From: an uncultured Gemmatimonadales bacterium
Lineage (GTDB): Bacteria; Gemmatimonadota; Gemmatimonadetes; Gemmatimonadales; GWC2-71-9
NCBI GenBank assembly: GCA_963748815.1
Contig: CAVVKJ010000002.1
Span: 1-41,589, forward strand
Reading direction: 5' to 3'
Length of the DNA stretch: 41,589 bases
In this document: piece after piece, positions 17,181 through 32,773 of the stretch
Numbering within the stretch: the stretch's first letter is position 1
Layout: the number at the start of each line of letters is the position of its first letter
Program-made: the position numbers and the translations under genes
The notes under the pieces: model-generated
The model's database searches: none
What the model saw: only the letters and a program-made list of their open reading frames with translations
Told to the model about the DNA's origin: nothing

Positions 17181-19849
17181 CTACTTCACCTTCGCCCTGA
17201 GCTCCGTGAACCAGTTCTCGACGTAGACCAGTTCTTCGTCGGCATCGCTGGACTCCTTGATCATCAGGAAGCGACGATCATCCGGGGCCACATCGTACTC
17301 CTGCCGATTCCTGGCCGCGCGATATCCCGTGAGCGAGAAGAGAGGCTGGGGGATGCCCGGAGTGAAGACCGCGCCGGGCCCTACCGCCACCGACATGAGC
17401 CTCCCTCCGCTTCGGTAGAACAGCTCTCGACCGCTGTGCGCCCACCGCGGCTCCGTGCCGCCGCCGGTCGAGATGAGTCGCGAGGAGCTCATGCCCGGAA
17501 AGGGCGCCACATAGAGTTCGCGCACGCCAGTCGGATCCGACACATAGGCGAGCCAGCGTCCGTCCGGCGAGAGAGCGGCCTGCATACTGACGCTCCTGTC
17601 GGTGACCAGCGGCACCAGCGCCGTATCTCCAGCGAGGCGCCGGGCGTAGATGTTGGAGCTGCCCTCCTCCTCGTCCGAGCGAACGATGAGCCACTGGCCG
17701 TCCCGGGAGTATTCCGCTTCCCAGAGCCCATAGGTATGACGCAGCTGGAGCGCGGCCGGGGCGCCGCCATCGACCCGTTGCCGATACACATCGTACGCAT
17801 CCTGGCTCCCGCCCCCCCGCCGATCAGAGATGTACGCCACCGACTGGCCGTCAGCGGACCACGAGGGCCGCCAGTTTACGGTGCCTTCCTGCGTCAGCTT
17901 TTGCCGGGTGCCATCCGAGCGGCGGATCCAGAGCTGTGTGGTCACATCGCGCAGGCTCACCGCAAACGACTGCCCATCCGGTGCGATGGCTGGGTAATTG
18001 AAATCACCGTGCCAGCTGGTATCGACCGGGGCGCTTCGACCGTCCCTGGAGACCCACACCAATTCGGATGGTCGCTGCCCACCAACGGTCACTGAATAGA
18101 GGACGGTGCCCGTCGCTGAGAGCGCCACGCTATTCGGGGCCACGTTCTCAAGAATGGGAACGGCACTTGACGTGAGTACGAGCCGCTTTGGGTCGAACCC
18201 GGCTGCAAAGAGCCCGCCGGTGCGATCGGTGTAGAGCAAGTGCCCGGTTGTGGAGTACCAGGCGCCCGCTGCATTCGTCACCAACAGGCGGGCGCTGTCG
18301 GCCGCCAGGTCGATCACATAGACCGAGGACTCCACGGCACAATTGCCAGGGCAACTGGTAAACAGCACCCCGCGGCTTCCCGGCAGCGGCGAAAGCGTCA
18401 ACGTCAGGCGCCGGCGGAGAACACTGTCCGACAGCATCGGCGTGCGGTCGCCGCCGTCGGAGGAAATCCTCATGAGATCCGAACTCTCCCCGGTGTAGAC
18501 AATGGTGCCGTCGTCCAACCACGCACCCGCCAATTGGATCCGATTGGCGTCTTCGGCGAGCGTGATCGACCCGCCACCCGTCACGGCAACCTTCCGAAGC
18601 CTGCCGTCGACGGTCAGGTACCCGACCCAGGCACCATCCGGAGAGAAGAAGGGAGAGAGGGCCCCCTCCGTACCGGCCAAGGGCACGGGATCTCGTTCCT
18701 CCCGGAGCTTCCGCATAAGGCGGAATCCGCCGTCCACCGAGTCGGAGAAGACGATGCTGGAACCGTCCGGGGCGATGGCCGACTGGGCGGCAAGGCGTTC
18801 ACGGCCCGGGGCGAGGTACCCCTCGAAGGCATGCTGCCAGAGGATGATCCGCTGACGGCTCACTTCGGCGAATGGCGTCGGTCGGAGCCAGCCCCAGAGT
18901 GCAAGCGCTGCCGTGACCGCCAGAAGGCCGACGGTCAGCAGGCGGGGGACCGGGGCCGTGGGGCCGTGAGGCCGCGACTGACCACTCGAGTGCGCTCCTC
19001 CCATCGATGCGAACGTGGGGTTCCCCAGGGCGTCGGCGAACTCCTTGGCGCGTGGCGAACCGGTCGGCCGGCAGTTTCTCCAGCGACTTGGCGACAGCCG
19101 CCGCCACGTTGGGCGGCACCGCCTTCCGGAGCTTCGTGACCGGCGCGGCCTCCTCGGTCACGATCTTCATGATGATCTGCTGCGCCGAGGCGCCGACGTG
19201 CGGTGGGTTGCCGGTCAGCATCTCGTACAGGACGCTGCCGAGGGAGTAGATGTCGGAGCGCGCGGTGATCAGCTTTTCGGCGGTGGCCTGCTCGGGGCTC
19301 ATGTAGTGCGGGGTGCCGAGACTCATGCCGGTTTCGGTCATGCGGCCACCGGCGGCGGCGGAGAGCGCCAGCGCGATGCCGAAGTCGGCCACCATCGGGC
19401 GGCCGTCGTGCAGCAGGATGTTCTCGGGCTTGATGTCGCGGTGAATGACGCCGTGCCGGTGCGCGTAGTCGAGGGCGTCAGCCACGGCGACGGTGATGCT
19501 GACGGCCTCGTCGATGCCGAGCTGGGTCTCGCGGTCGAGCTTGGCGCGGAGCGTCTCGCCGTCGATGAACGGCATCACGTAATAGAGGAAGCTGTCGGCT
19601 TCTCCACTGTCGAAGAGCGGCAGGATATGCGGATGGCTGCAGCGACGCGGTGGTCTTGATCTCCACCACGAACCGCTCGGCCCCGATGACGGCGGCCAGC
19701 TCCGGCTTCAGCACCTTGAGCGCCACCTTGCGGTCGTGCTTGAGGTCCTGGGCCAGGTAGACGGTGGCCATGCCCCCCTGGCCGAGTTCCCGCTCGATGC
19801 GGTAGCGGTCGGCGAGGGCGGCGGCGAGGCGGGGCAGGGGGTCGGTCAA
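17181..19849 (-). CDS. K5: membrane Ser/Thr kinase with beta-propeller sensor; frameshifts near 19636 and 19051
   Basis: TTG start (MTDPLPRLAAALADRY); pieces in ORFs 19478..19849, 18799..19578 ([11 protein letters not shown]) and 17181..19004 (TM, LSPDGRWLAYVSD, ends NWFTELRAKVK). Confidence 0.9.
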
Positions 19850-19874
19850 TGCGCAGTCCAGTCAATAGAATGGT

Positions 19875-20009
19875 CGTCATTCCGGCGAAGGCCGGAATCC
19901 AGCTTCAGAACACCCCGGCGACCCTGCCCCGGCGAAAGCCGGGGGCCGGGGTGACGGCAGGGTACGTGTCGCCTCAGCGACATCAGCCGAGAGCCGGCTT
20001 CAGCCGGCG
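19875..20009. repeat. Composite intergenic repeat: element A (19875..19956) plus element B (19965..20009)
   Basis: Near-identical to 25450..25584; the A part matches 2548..2629. Confidence 0.92.
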
Positions 20010-20023
20010 GGCGGGCGTCTCCA

Positions 20024-22743
20024 CTACCGTCCCCCGCCCGGCTTCAGGTTCATCTCGGCCAGCCAGTGCTGGATCAGGATCATGTTGGCCGGCGGGGCGG
20101 CAGCCTGGTCGCTCCCGGTATCGAGGAAGCGCTTGAAGATGAACCGGCGGTCGTCCGGCGTGAGTGCGTACTGGGCGTGGTACTGATCGCGGAAGAACCG
20201 GTCCTCAAACAGCACCCGCTGAGTCCCCATGGCGAATCCGGCACCCGGGAGGATCGGCACGGCCACCACCGAGCGACTGCCCCCGGGCATAGCGGCGCGG
20301 AAGTAGAGTTCGCGACCGCTGTGGGCCCAGACCGGTTCGTTGCCGCCGTCGCGCGACACCTGCCAGCGCCCGCCGTCCACGTTCGGGAAGGGTCGCACAT
20401 ACACCTCATTCCGGCCCGATTCGTTTGAGGTGTAAGCCAGCCAGCGTCCATCAGGGGAGAGCGCCGGTGCCATCTGGTTGTAGTCCGGCGAGGCGAGGAG
20501 CGGCGACAGCGCGCTGTCGCCGTTCCCCGCGGCGGGCCGGAAGAGAAAGATGCGCCGGCCAGCCGTCCCGCCTCCGCCGGAGACCCGCACGATCAGGACG
20601 GCCGTGTCGGGGGTTTCGACGACCTCCTCCACACCATCCGTGGGATCGAGCACCAACTCGGGTGATCCGGTGCCGTCCGCACGCCGCCGATACAGGTTCA
20701 GTCCAGTGCTGTCTCGCGATCCATACCACAGGTAAAGTCCGTTCCTGCTCCAGACGGGACGGATGGCACGCCCGTCAAAGGTCAGGCGCGTCACCGGCCC
20801 CGTATCGAGCTGCTTGACCCAGATGTCGTCGCCGCCGGATTGCTGGGCGGTCACGGCCAGCCGCCTTCCATCGGGCGAGAGGGCAAGGCCGTTGTCGTTG
20901 ACAGGCAGCTGCGTCCAGCTCCAGCTCGTATCCACCGCGGTCGTCACTCCGTCATGGGTCACCCAGAGCGCCTGGATCGGTCGGCCGCCAAGCGTCGCGT
21001 CCCCGGCGATGTACAGGACCGTCCCGTTCCGCGCGGCGACGAAATCCGCGTTCGCGCCGGCGGTTCGTACCCCCTCGAGAACTGGCACGGGCGGGGAGCG
21101 GAAGCGGCGGCGTTTGGCGTCGAACGCGCCAATGAAGACACCGCCGTCGGGGCGGACGAACACGACCCGGTCGGCTCCGACCGGCCACGCGCTCAGGACG
21201 TCCCCCATCACCTGGTGCAAGGCGCCGGTACGGAGGTCAATCACCACCAGACGGGACTCCGCACACGTTACTCCACATAGGGCTGCGAGCGCGGATTGCC
21301 CGCCGGGAAGGCCGGCCAACTGCGCGATGAACTCGCCTCGGAGGAGCGAATCGGGCCACGCGCGCACCGGGACACCTTCCGATGTCACGGCATGGAGTGA
21401 GGTGCTGCTCGCCTGGGTGCCCCGATAGAGAAGGGTGCCGTCCTCGAGCCACGCAATGGCGCCCGCGGCCGAATCGCCCAGCGTCACCGCCGACCCTCCC
21501 AGCCGCGGCACCTTCTTGAGCTTCCCCTCGGCCACGAAGGCCACCCACTCCCCGTCCGGAGAGAACCGTGGTGACAACCCCATCGGGGTGCCGGTGAGCG
21601 GCACCGCTTCGGCCTGATCCTCGGTCTTGATCCACAGCTTGATCCCATCGGTGGTGTCGGCAAAGACAACCGTCCGGCCGTCCGGCGACAACGCCATTTG
21701 CCGTCCGACCTGCCCTGGCGGCAAGGGCGCGGCACGCAGAACCACCTGGTATCGGCTCGGCCCTGGCGGTGCCGGGCGCCCCATCCAGCCCCACAGCGCC
21801 GCGGCGAGGAGCACCACCCCGACCGCGGCGAACCCCGCCCGCGCGCGGCGGGAGACTCCTGGTGCCCGGTTGGCCCCGGCGATTCCCGAGCTCGAGCCGC
21901 CTGCGATGGTGAACGATGCGTTCCCCAGCGCGGCGGCAAACTCGGCTGCGGTCGCGAACCGGTCGGCGGGCAACTTCTCCAATGACTTGGCCACCGCGTC
22001 CGCGACGTTTTGGGGAACCGCCTTGCGCAGTTTCGTGACCGGGGCAGCCTCCTCGGTCACGATCTTCATGATGATTTGCTGCGCCGAAGCGCCCACGTGG
22101 GGCGGATTCCCGGTGAGCATCTCGTAGAGCACGCTGCCGAGCGAGTAGACGTCGCTCCTGGCCGTGATTTCCTTTTCCGCGGTGGCCTGCTCCGGACTCA
22201 TGTAGTGCGGCGTGCCGAGGCTCATGCCGGTCTCGGTCATCCGGCCGCCGGCCGCGGCGCTCAGCGCCAGCGCGATCCCGAAGTCGGCCACCATCGGCCG
22301 GCCGTCGTGCAGCAGGATGTTCTCCGGCTTGATGTCGCGGTGGACCACGCCGTGTCGGTGTGCATAGTCGAGCGCGTCGGCCACGGCCATGGTGATCTTG
22401 ACCGATTCGTCGATCCCGAGCTGGGTTTCGCGGTCGAGCTTGCTCCGGAGCGTTTCGCCGTCGATGAACGGCATGACATAGTAGAGGAAGCTGTCGGCGG
22501 TACCGGAGTCGAACAGCGGCAGGATGTGCGGGTGCTGGAGCGCCGCCGTCGTCTTGATCTCCACCACGAACCGCTCGGCGCCGATCACGGCGGCGAGCTC
22601 GGGCTTGAGCACCTTCAGCGCGACCTTGCGGTCGTGCTTGAGGTCGGCGGCCAGGTACACCGTGGCCATGCCGCCCTGGCCGAGCTCCCGCTCGATGCGA
22701 TAGCGGTCGGCCAGGGCCGAGGAGAGACGGGACAGCGGATCGG

Positions 22744-22747
<4 letters not shown>
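20024..22747 (-). CDS. K6: membrane Ser/Thr kinase with beta-propeller sensor, 907 aa, intact
   Basis: GTG start overlaps the K7 stop (GTGA); full kinase motifs; TM FAAVGVVLLAAALWGW; PD40-type repeats LSPDGRTVV, FSPDGEWVAF, LSPDGRWLAYTSNESGRNEVYVRPFP. Confidence 0.95.
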
Positions 22748-25424
<2,677 letters not shown>

Positions 25425-25449
25425 GGTGCAATCCAGTCCATGATAGGGT

Positions 25450-25584
25450 CGTCATTCCGGCGCAGGCCGGAATCCACTTTCAGAACACCCCGGCGACCCT
25501 GCCCCGGCGAAAGCCGGGGGCCGGGGTGACGGCAGGGCTCGTGTCGCTTCAGCGACATCAGCCGAGCGTCGGCTTCAGCCGGCG
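25450..25584. repeat. Composite intergenic repeat: element A (25450..25531) plus element B (25540..25584)
   Basis: Near-identical to 19875..20009. Confidence 0.92.
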
Positions 25585-25592
25585 ATCGCGCG

Positions 25593-28302
25593 CTATTTCT
25601 TCCCCATCTTCGTCCGCAGCTCCGTGAACCAGTTCTCCACGAACACCAGTTGCCCTGTCGGCGCAGCCGCGGTCTCGGGGAGCACGCGCAGCATGATGAA
25701 AGACTGGTCGTCGCGACTCACGTCATAGCCGCGGTAGCTGGGTGCCTCGAGATAGGTGCTGTCGGCGAACAGCACGCGTTCCGCGCCGATGGTCAGCGTG
25801 GGTGCGGTGGTGACCGGGATCGACACCATCTGTCCTGTCAGCGAGCGATAGAACAGTTCACGGCCGCTGTGCGACCAGAGCGGCTCGCCGCCGCCCGCCA
25901 CCGACACCTGCCGCCGGCCCGCGGCAGAATCCGGAAAGGCCCGAATGTAGATCTCGTCGCGTCCCGACTCATCGGACTGGTAGGCCAGCCACTTGCCGTC
26001 GGGAGAAATGGCCGGGGCCCGCTCGTCGTACCTGGTGGACGCCACCACCGGGAACCCCGCGGAATCGACCCCCGGCCGCATGGCGTAGATGTCCCGGCTC
26101 GGCATCGTGATCCGGTAGGCGAGCCAGGAGTCGTCGGCCGACCAGGCGGCCTCGGCGATGGTGTTCAGGGAGGTGACGACGGTGTCGACGACGCCGCCTC
26201 CGTCCGCCCGACGCCGGAGGATGGCGCTCGATTGCCCGTCCTCGGTGATATAGCTGAGCGACTGCCCGTCCCGCATCCAGACCGGCCGGTACTTGACCGT
26301 GTTGTCGAAGGTGAGCCGGCTGAGCGGACCGCGGTCGAGGTCCTTGATCCAGATGTCGCCCACCGGATCGCCGTGGACGGTGACCGCCAGGCGGGTGCCG
26401 TCCGGCGAGAGGCTGAGGCCGCCGTTGAAGCCTGGGGTGTACGACCAGGAGGGATCGATATCGGCCTCCTGCCCGGTTCGGGAGACGCGGACCGGGCGGA
26501 CCGGGCGCTGGGTGGGCTGCGCCGTACCGGCCCGGTACATCAGGGTGCCGTCAGTGGCGACCGCCAGATTCGCGAGACCAAAGGAACCGATCGCGACGCC
26601 CTCCAGGATCGGGAGTTCCGGACCGGTGATGGCAAGCCTGTCGGCGTCGAACGGAACCACGACGGCCGCGCCGTTGGGACGGAGCACCAGGAGCGCCCCG
26701 ATGTCGAGGTACCACGCCTGGAGCCCCTGGACCAGCCGCACGCTGCGATCGGTCTTCGGGTCGCGCGCCACGATCCAGTTGTCGTTGCCCCGCGTCGGTC
26801 CGTGCCAGTCGGTGTACACGATCCCGCGGCCTCCCGGCAGCGCCACCGGCGCGACGTGCGCGATCGTCCCGGGGGAGCTGTCCGCGGCGGTGACGGGCTC
26901 GACCGCCCCGCCGGTCTCGGGGACCCGATAGAGGATGCCCCGCGGCCCGCTCGACCCCGCCACGTAGATGTAGCCGTCGCTGCCCCAGGCGGTGCCGCCG
27001 TTCACAAATCCGGAGAGTGAGTCAAGAATGGTCGTGGATACCGCACCGTCGCTCGTCAGCACCCGGAGGGCGCCCGCCCGCCCCTCGCGGACGGCGACGC
27101 GACTTCCGTCGGGGGAGAAGCTCGGCGTGAAGGAATTTGCCGTGCCGGGGAGGATCCGGCCCGTCAGCTGGTCGCGCTCCTGGAGGACCAACCCTGCCTC
27201 GCGGCGCGACGGTCCGCCGGGGTAGATGAAGCGGCTCCCGTCGGGCGCAATCGTGATTTCCAGGCTCCCGAAGTTGTAGTAGCTGGCCTCGGCCGGGAAG
27301 CTGATGGCGTAGCGACGAGTCGGTTCGTCGTCAGCCGGCGTGCGAAGGAGCCAGGTCGCCGCGAGCGCCACGAGGAGCAACCCCGCCACTCCCCATCCCG
27401 CCAGAACAGCCCGGCGGTGGCCGGTCGGGCCTTGTCCCGCGGCGGCGTACGTGGTGGTGGTGCCGCGGAATCCGGGGTTGTCGAGCGCGTCGGCGAAGGA
27501 CTTGGCGCTCTCGAACCGGTCGGCCGGCAACTTCTCGATGGCCTGCGCCACGGCGGCCGCCACGTTGGGCGGCACCGCCTTGCGCAGCTTCGTGACCGGC
27601 GCCGCCTCCTCGGTCACGATCTTCATGATGATCTGCTGCGCCGACGCACCGATGTGCGGCGGGTTGCCGGTGAGCATTTCGTAGAGCACGCTGCCGAGGG
27701 AATAGACGTCGCTCCGGGCGGTGATCTCCTTCTCCGCGGTGGCCTGCTCGGGGCTCATGTAGTGCGGCGTGCCGAGACTCATCCCGGTCTCGGTCATCCG
27801 GCCGCCCGCGGCGGCCGAGAGCGCCAGCGCGATGCCGAAATCGGCCACCATCGGGCGGCCGTCGTGGAGCAGGATGTTCTCCGGCTTGATGTCGCGGTGG
27901 ATGACGCCGTGCCGGTGCGCGTAGTCGAGGGCGTCGGCCACGGCGGTCGTGATGCTGACGGCTTCGTCGATGCCGAGCTGCGTTTCGCGGTCGAGCTTCG
28001 CGCGAAGCGTCTCGCCGTCGATGAACGGCATCACGTAGTAGAGGAAGCCGTCGGCGTTCGCCGCAGTCGAACAGGGGCAGGATGTGCGGATGGCTGAGCG
28101 ACGCGGTGGTCTTGATCTCCACCACGAACCGCTCGGCGCCGATGACGGCGGCGAGCTCCGGCTTCAGGACCTTGAGCGCCACCTTGCGGTCGTGCTTCAG
28201 GTCCTCGGCGAGGTACACGGTGGCCATGCCACCCTGGCCGAGTTCGCGCTCGATGCGGTAGCGGTCGGCAAGGCGGCAACGGCGGGGAAGCGGATCAGTC
28301 AA
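25593..28302 (-). CDS. K8: membrane Ser/Thr kinase with beta-propeller sensor; frameshift near 28057 and a short garbled stretch near 28275
   Basis: TTG start (MTDPLPR); N-lobe in ORF 27331..28302, rest in 25593..28034 ([39 protein letters not shown], ends NWFTELRTKMGKK). Confidence 0.9.
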
Positions 28303-28318
28303 TCAATCCATGAATGAT

Positions 28319-28409
28319 CGTCTTCCGGCGAAAGCCGGATCAAGAGGCGCGTGCGGGAACGGCTGAGCGTGTCGCTTCAGCGACATCAGCCGAGCCTGCT
28401 TCAGCCGGC
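28319..28409. repeat. Degenerate element A left unit (CGTCTTCCGGCGAAAGCCGGA) plus element B (28368..28409)
   Basis: cgtc-t-tccggc-gaaa-gccgga; cg-tgtcgc-ttca-gcgaca-tcagccgag..gcttcagccggc. Confidence 0.8.
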
Positions 28410-28414
28410 TCACG

Positions 28415-31124
28415 CTACTTCTTCCCCATCTTCGCTTACTCCGTAAACCAGTTGTCCACCACCACGATCTGCCCGGCGCCCGGCGCCTGGTTGACGGCCG
28501 CGAGGCGGACCATGATGAAGCGCTGGTCGTCCGGGGTCAGGTCGTACATCGGCACGATGAAGGACGACACCAGGCCCGAGCCGAGCGGGAAGAGCCGCCG
28601 GGGGGCGCCGGGGGAGAAGGTCGAGCCCGGGGCAATGGGGACCGACATCAGGTCGCCGGAGGGCGCCTCGAAGAAGAGCTCGCGTCCGGTGTGCGACCAG
28701 CGTGCGGCAGTGCCGCCGGTCGTGGAAATCTGCCAACGGCCGCCGGCCGTGTTCGGGAACGGCCGCACGAAGATCTCGTAGCGGCCCGATTCGTTGGACG
28801 AGTAGGCCAGCCATTTCCCGTCTGGCGACAGCGCCGCGCCCTTCCTCGTGAAACCGGTCGGTCAGCAGCGGTGTTGCGACGGTGTCGCGCCCGGGACGGA
28901 CGCCGTAGACGTCCCGGTTCATGCTGTCGCCCACGATCCGGAAGACCAGCCACTGCCCGTCGTTCGACATCGACGCCTCCGCGATCGGGCGGCCGGGCAT
29001 TCGCCAGAGCAGTTCGGCCGCCGCGCTGCCGTCGGCCTTCTTCTTCCAGATCGCCTGTGAGGCGGTGTCGACGACGGCGGTGTAGATCACCGACTGCCCG
29101 TCCGGCGTCCAGCGCGGGCGGTAGGCGGTCTGGGTCTCGAAAGTCAGGCGCGTCAGGGGACCGGCCGGCAGTTGCTTGACCCAGATGTCGGGCGACGCCT
29201 GGCCGACGATGTCCATTGCGAGGCGTTTGCCGTCGGGAGAGAGACTGAGGGACGGGTTGGCCGAAGGGTTGTAGGTGACCGGCGGGTCGAGGGGTGTGAC
29301 CACGCCTTCCCGGCTCACCATGACCAGCTCCGCCACGCCGCCGCCCTGCGATGCCAGGCCCGGTACGTAGGCCAGCGTCCCTCCGCTGCGGGAAATGGCG
29401 ATGTCCGCGGAGCCGAACGGCTTGGTCATGACCCCTTCGAAGAGGGGAACGGCGGGGCCGGTCATCCTGAGCTTGTCCTGGTCGAACGGTGCGGCGAGCA
29501 CCGCGCCGTCGGCACGCAGGTAGATGAGGTATCCCGGCGCCACGTAACGGGCCAGCAGCCCTTTCGTCAGGAGGTGGCGTTCACGCGTCTTGAAGTCGAA
29601 CGCGACGATGTCGAAGTCCGTCGGGTCGAGATTGCGACGGGAGCGGTAGAGCAGCCCCTTGCCGTTCGGCAGCGCGTCTGGCCAGGCGTGTCCTATTTCC
29701 TTCGTCGTCGTGTCCAGGGGAACCGCGATCTCGGCACTACCGCCATCGGCCTGGATCCGGCTGAGCCCGCCGGGGGAGTCGAAGTAGATCCACCCGTCGG
29801 GCCCCCAAGCGCCGCCTCCCCCCGAACCGGTGCCAGGGGATGCAAGCATGATCGGTGGCCCGCCGGTGACCGGGACCACCTTCAGTTCGACGTTCAGGGT
29901 GGACGAATACGCGATCCGCTCACCGTCCGGGGAAAAGAACGGGCTGTGGGCACCAATGGTCCCCGGTAACGGTGTGGCGTCGAGCCGGTTTCGGTCGCGG
30001 ACCCAGAGCTGGTCTCCCCCGTCGCCGGGCCCGACATACACCATGCGGTTGCCGTCAGGAGAGAAGGCCACGTTGACGCCGAGCACGCCCTGCCGCATGG
30101 CCTGGTTGGGGGGGAGCCCCATGCTGTACCGGATGACGGGTGCCGCGGGCTTGGGCCGCAGCCAGCCCCAGGCGGCGAGCGCGGCGAGCACCACGACCGC
30201 GGCGCCGAGCGCGTTGATGACCCTGCGCACCCGGGCCCTGCCGCCCAGCGACCCGGCCGCTGCGGCCGTCACCACGGTGGAGCGCGACGCGAAGTTCGGG
30301 TCGGCCAACGCGGCTGCAAACTCCGCTGCGGTCGCGAACCGATCGGCGGGGAGCTTTTCCAGCGAGGTCAGCACCGCCCCTTCCACCTGCGGCGGGATGG
30401 TGTGCCGCTGGCTGACCATCGAACGAGGACTCTCCGTCACCACCCGCGCCACGATCGCCTGCGCGGTGGAACCGGTGAACGGCGGGTCGCCGGTCAGCAT
30501 CTCGTAGAGCACGCAGCCGAGCGCGTACACGTCGGAGCGCGCGGTGATTTCCCGCTCGCCCATGGCCTGCTCAGGACTCATGTAGTGCGGCGTACCGAGA
30601 CTCATGCCGGTCTCGGTCATGCGGGTGCCGGCGGTGCTCACCGCCAGCGCAATCCCGAAGTCGGCCACCAGCGCGGAGCCGTCGTGGAGCAGGATGTTCT
30701 CGGGCTTGATGTCGCGGTGAATCACGCCGTGGCGGTGGGCGTAGTCGAGGGCCCCGGCCACCTCCGTCGCGATCCGCACCGCATCGTTGACTGGCAGCTG
30801 CTTTTCGCGGCTGATCCGGTCGCGGACCGTCTCCCCCTCCACGTACGGCATCACGTAGTAGAGGAGGCCGTCGGCGTCGCCCGAATCGATCAAGCCGAGG
30901 ATGTGGGGATGCTGGAGGTTGGCGGTGGTCTTGATCTCGCTGAGGAACCGGTCGGCGCCGATGACCGCGCCCAGTTCGGGACGCAGCACCTTGATGGCGA
31001 CCTTGCGATCATGCTTGATGTCCTGCGCCAGGTAGACCGTGGCCATCCCACCTTGCCCGAGCTCACCTTCGAGCCGGTAGCGGTCGGAAAGCGAATCAAC
31101 CAGCTTTGGTGGGATCAGGGACAC
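28415..31124 (-). CDS. K9: membrane Ser/Thr kinase with beta-propeller sensor; frameshift near 28840 and in-frame TAA at 28436
   Basis: GGAGGAG RBS favours GTG at 31124 (TTG at 31130 is the alternative); full kinase motifs, TM, propeller; the C-terminal frame 28436..28768 continues past TAA as AKMGKK-TAG, matching the K8 end. Confidence 0.9.
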
Positions 31125-31174
31125 GTCCAACTCCTCCCTCGGAGGTCCGGCGGGGGCGAACCTGAGAACACGAA

Positions 31175-31187
31175 TCCCCGTAGATTG
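31175..31187 (+). promoter_or_regulatory. Candidate -10 element (TAGATT) for the aminopeptidase P gene
   Basis: tccccgTAGATTg in the divergent K9/peptidase gap; matches tccccgTAGTTTg upstream of K11 at 12 of 13 positions. Confidence 0.35.
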
Positions 31188-31291
31188 CCTCCCAAAGCGA
31201 GGGAGGGCAAGGGGCCAAGTTGAGCAGTTTCAAGCCCTTGCGCCAAGTTGCGAGCCCTTCAGCGAGCTGCCACGTTCCATCGGAGCCCCGA

Positions 31292-32761
31292 ATGCCCAGA
31301 ATCGCCCGTTTCGGCCTGTTATCCGTCCTGCTTGCCAGCCCCATTTCGGCGCAGGTTCCGACCGCCGAATATGCCGCCCGGCGTGATACCGTGGCGGCGC
31401 ATCTGGCAGACGGGGTCCTGCTGTCGTTCGGGGCCGGGGAGTCGATGACCGACGAGGCCGATTTTCACCAGCTGCCGGCCTTCCAGTACCTGACCGGCTA
31501 CGACCGGGTCAACGCCGTCTTCGTGATGGCGGTCCGGGGCGGCAGGGTCACCTATCAGATGCTCTTCGAGCCGCCGATCGACCCCCGCCGCGCCCTGTAC
31601 GACGGCTTCGCCCCCGATTCCGCCGACCTGCAGCGCCGTACCGGCCTCGGGCTCCGGGACCGCGACCAGCTCCGCGACGTGATGGACGCCCTGGCCGGCC
31701 GCGGCACCCTCTGGACCGTGACCGACGCGCACAGCCGCGACTACCGCTCCAGCGATTCGCTCAGCGCCGAGCGGTATTTCGTGCAACGCTTCTGGGCGGC
31801 GCACCCGAGCGTGACGGTGCGGAGCGCCGACGCGTTGCTCGATTCGCTGATGGTGGTGAAGAGCCCCGCCGAGATCGCGCTGCTTCGGAAGGCGGTGGAC
31901 ATCTCCGTCATCGGTGAACTCGCCGCCATGAAGGCGGTGCGTCCCGGCGTCAACGAGGGCCAGGTCCACGCCCTCACCGACTACACCTTCCGGATGGCCG
32001 GCGCCTCCGGTCCCTCCTTCCGCGCCATCATCGGGTCCGGCCCCAACTCCACCAGCTACCACTACCGCGCCAACGACCGCGTCATGCAGGCGGGGGAGGT
32101 GGTGGTGATGGACATGGGCGCCCTGTACGACGGCTATGCCGGCGACGTGACGCGCACCATCCCGGTGAGCGGCAAGTTCACCGCCGACCAGGCGGCCATT
32201 TACACGATCGTCCGCTCCGCGCAGCAGGCCGCCGCTGACGTGGCGCGGCCCGGCGAGCCGGTGAGCACTGGGGACAAGGCGATCCGAGCCATCATGGCCA
32301 CCGAACTCGCCAGGCTCGGCCTCACGGAAGGGCCCGATGCCACCTTCGATCCACCCTGGGCGGACGCCGCGCGCTGCGAGCGGGTGCCGGTGGTCTGCTC
32401 CCAGGCCTTCCTGTATATGGCACACGGACCGGGGCACGGGATCGGCCTCGAGGTGCACGACGCCGGCGGGTACTCCTATTCGCCCACCGGCAGCTTCCAG
32501 CTGAACGAGGTGTTCACCATCGAGCCCGGGGTGTACATCAGCACCGCCCTCCTCGACATGCTGGCCGACACGCCGAAGAACCGCGCCTTCATCGCGAAGG
32601 TGCGGCCCGTCGTGGAGCGGTACAATCACACCGGGATTCGGATCGAGGACGACTACCTGATCACGCCGACCGGTGTGGAGTGGCTGTCGCAGGCGCCGCG
32701 GGAGATCAAGGAGATCGAGGCGGTGATGCAGGCCGCCGCGAAGAGTCGCGGCGGGAAATGA
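31292..32761 (+). CDS. Secreted Xaa-Pro aminopeptidase (M24B, aminopeptidase P family), about 489 aa
   Basis: ATG 31292 after GGAG; signal peptide; AMP_N-like EYAARR..FQYLTG; metal ligands in MDMGA, GDVTRT, HGIGLEVHD, EPGVY, GIRIEDD. Confidence 0.92.
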   Translation: MPRIARFGLLSVLLASPISAQVPTAEYAARRDTVAAHLADGVLLSFGAGESMTDEADFHQLPAFQYLTGYDRVNAVFVMAVRGGRVTYQMLFEPPIDPRRALYDGFAPDSADLQRRTGLGLRDRDQLRDVMDALAGRGTLWTVTDAHSRDYRSSDSLSAERYFVQRFWAAHPSVTVRSADALLDSLMVVKSPAEIALLRKAVDISVIGELAAMKAVRPGVNEGQVHALTDYTFRMAGASGPSFRAIIGSGPNSTSYHYRANDRVMQAGEVVVMDMGALYDGYAGDVTRTIPVSGKFTADQAAIYTIVRSAQQAAADVARPGEPVSTGDKAIRAIMATELARLGLTEGPDATFDPPWADAARCERVPVVCSQAFLYMAHGPGHGIGLEVHDAGGYSYSPTGSFQLNEVFTIEPGVYISTALLDMLADTPKNRAFIAKVRPVVERYNHTGIRIEDDYLITPTGVEWLSQAPREIKEIEAVMQAAAKSRGGK

Positions 32762-32773
32762 CAGAATGCGGGG

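Noticed and set aside
4037..17200. Long plus-strand ORFs (4037..6670, 7328..10303, 12810..15305, 15068..17200 and similar)
   Set aside because: Antisense shadows of GC-rich minus-strand genes; Arg/Gly/Pro-rich with no family motifs.
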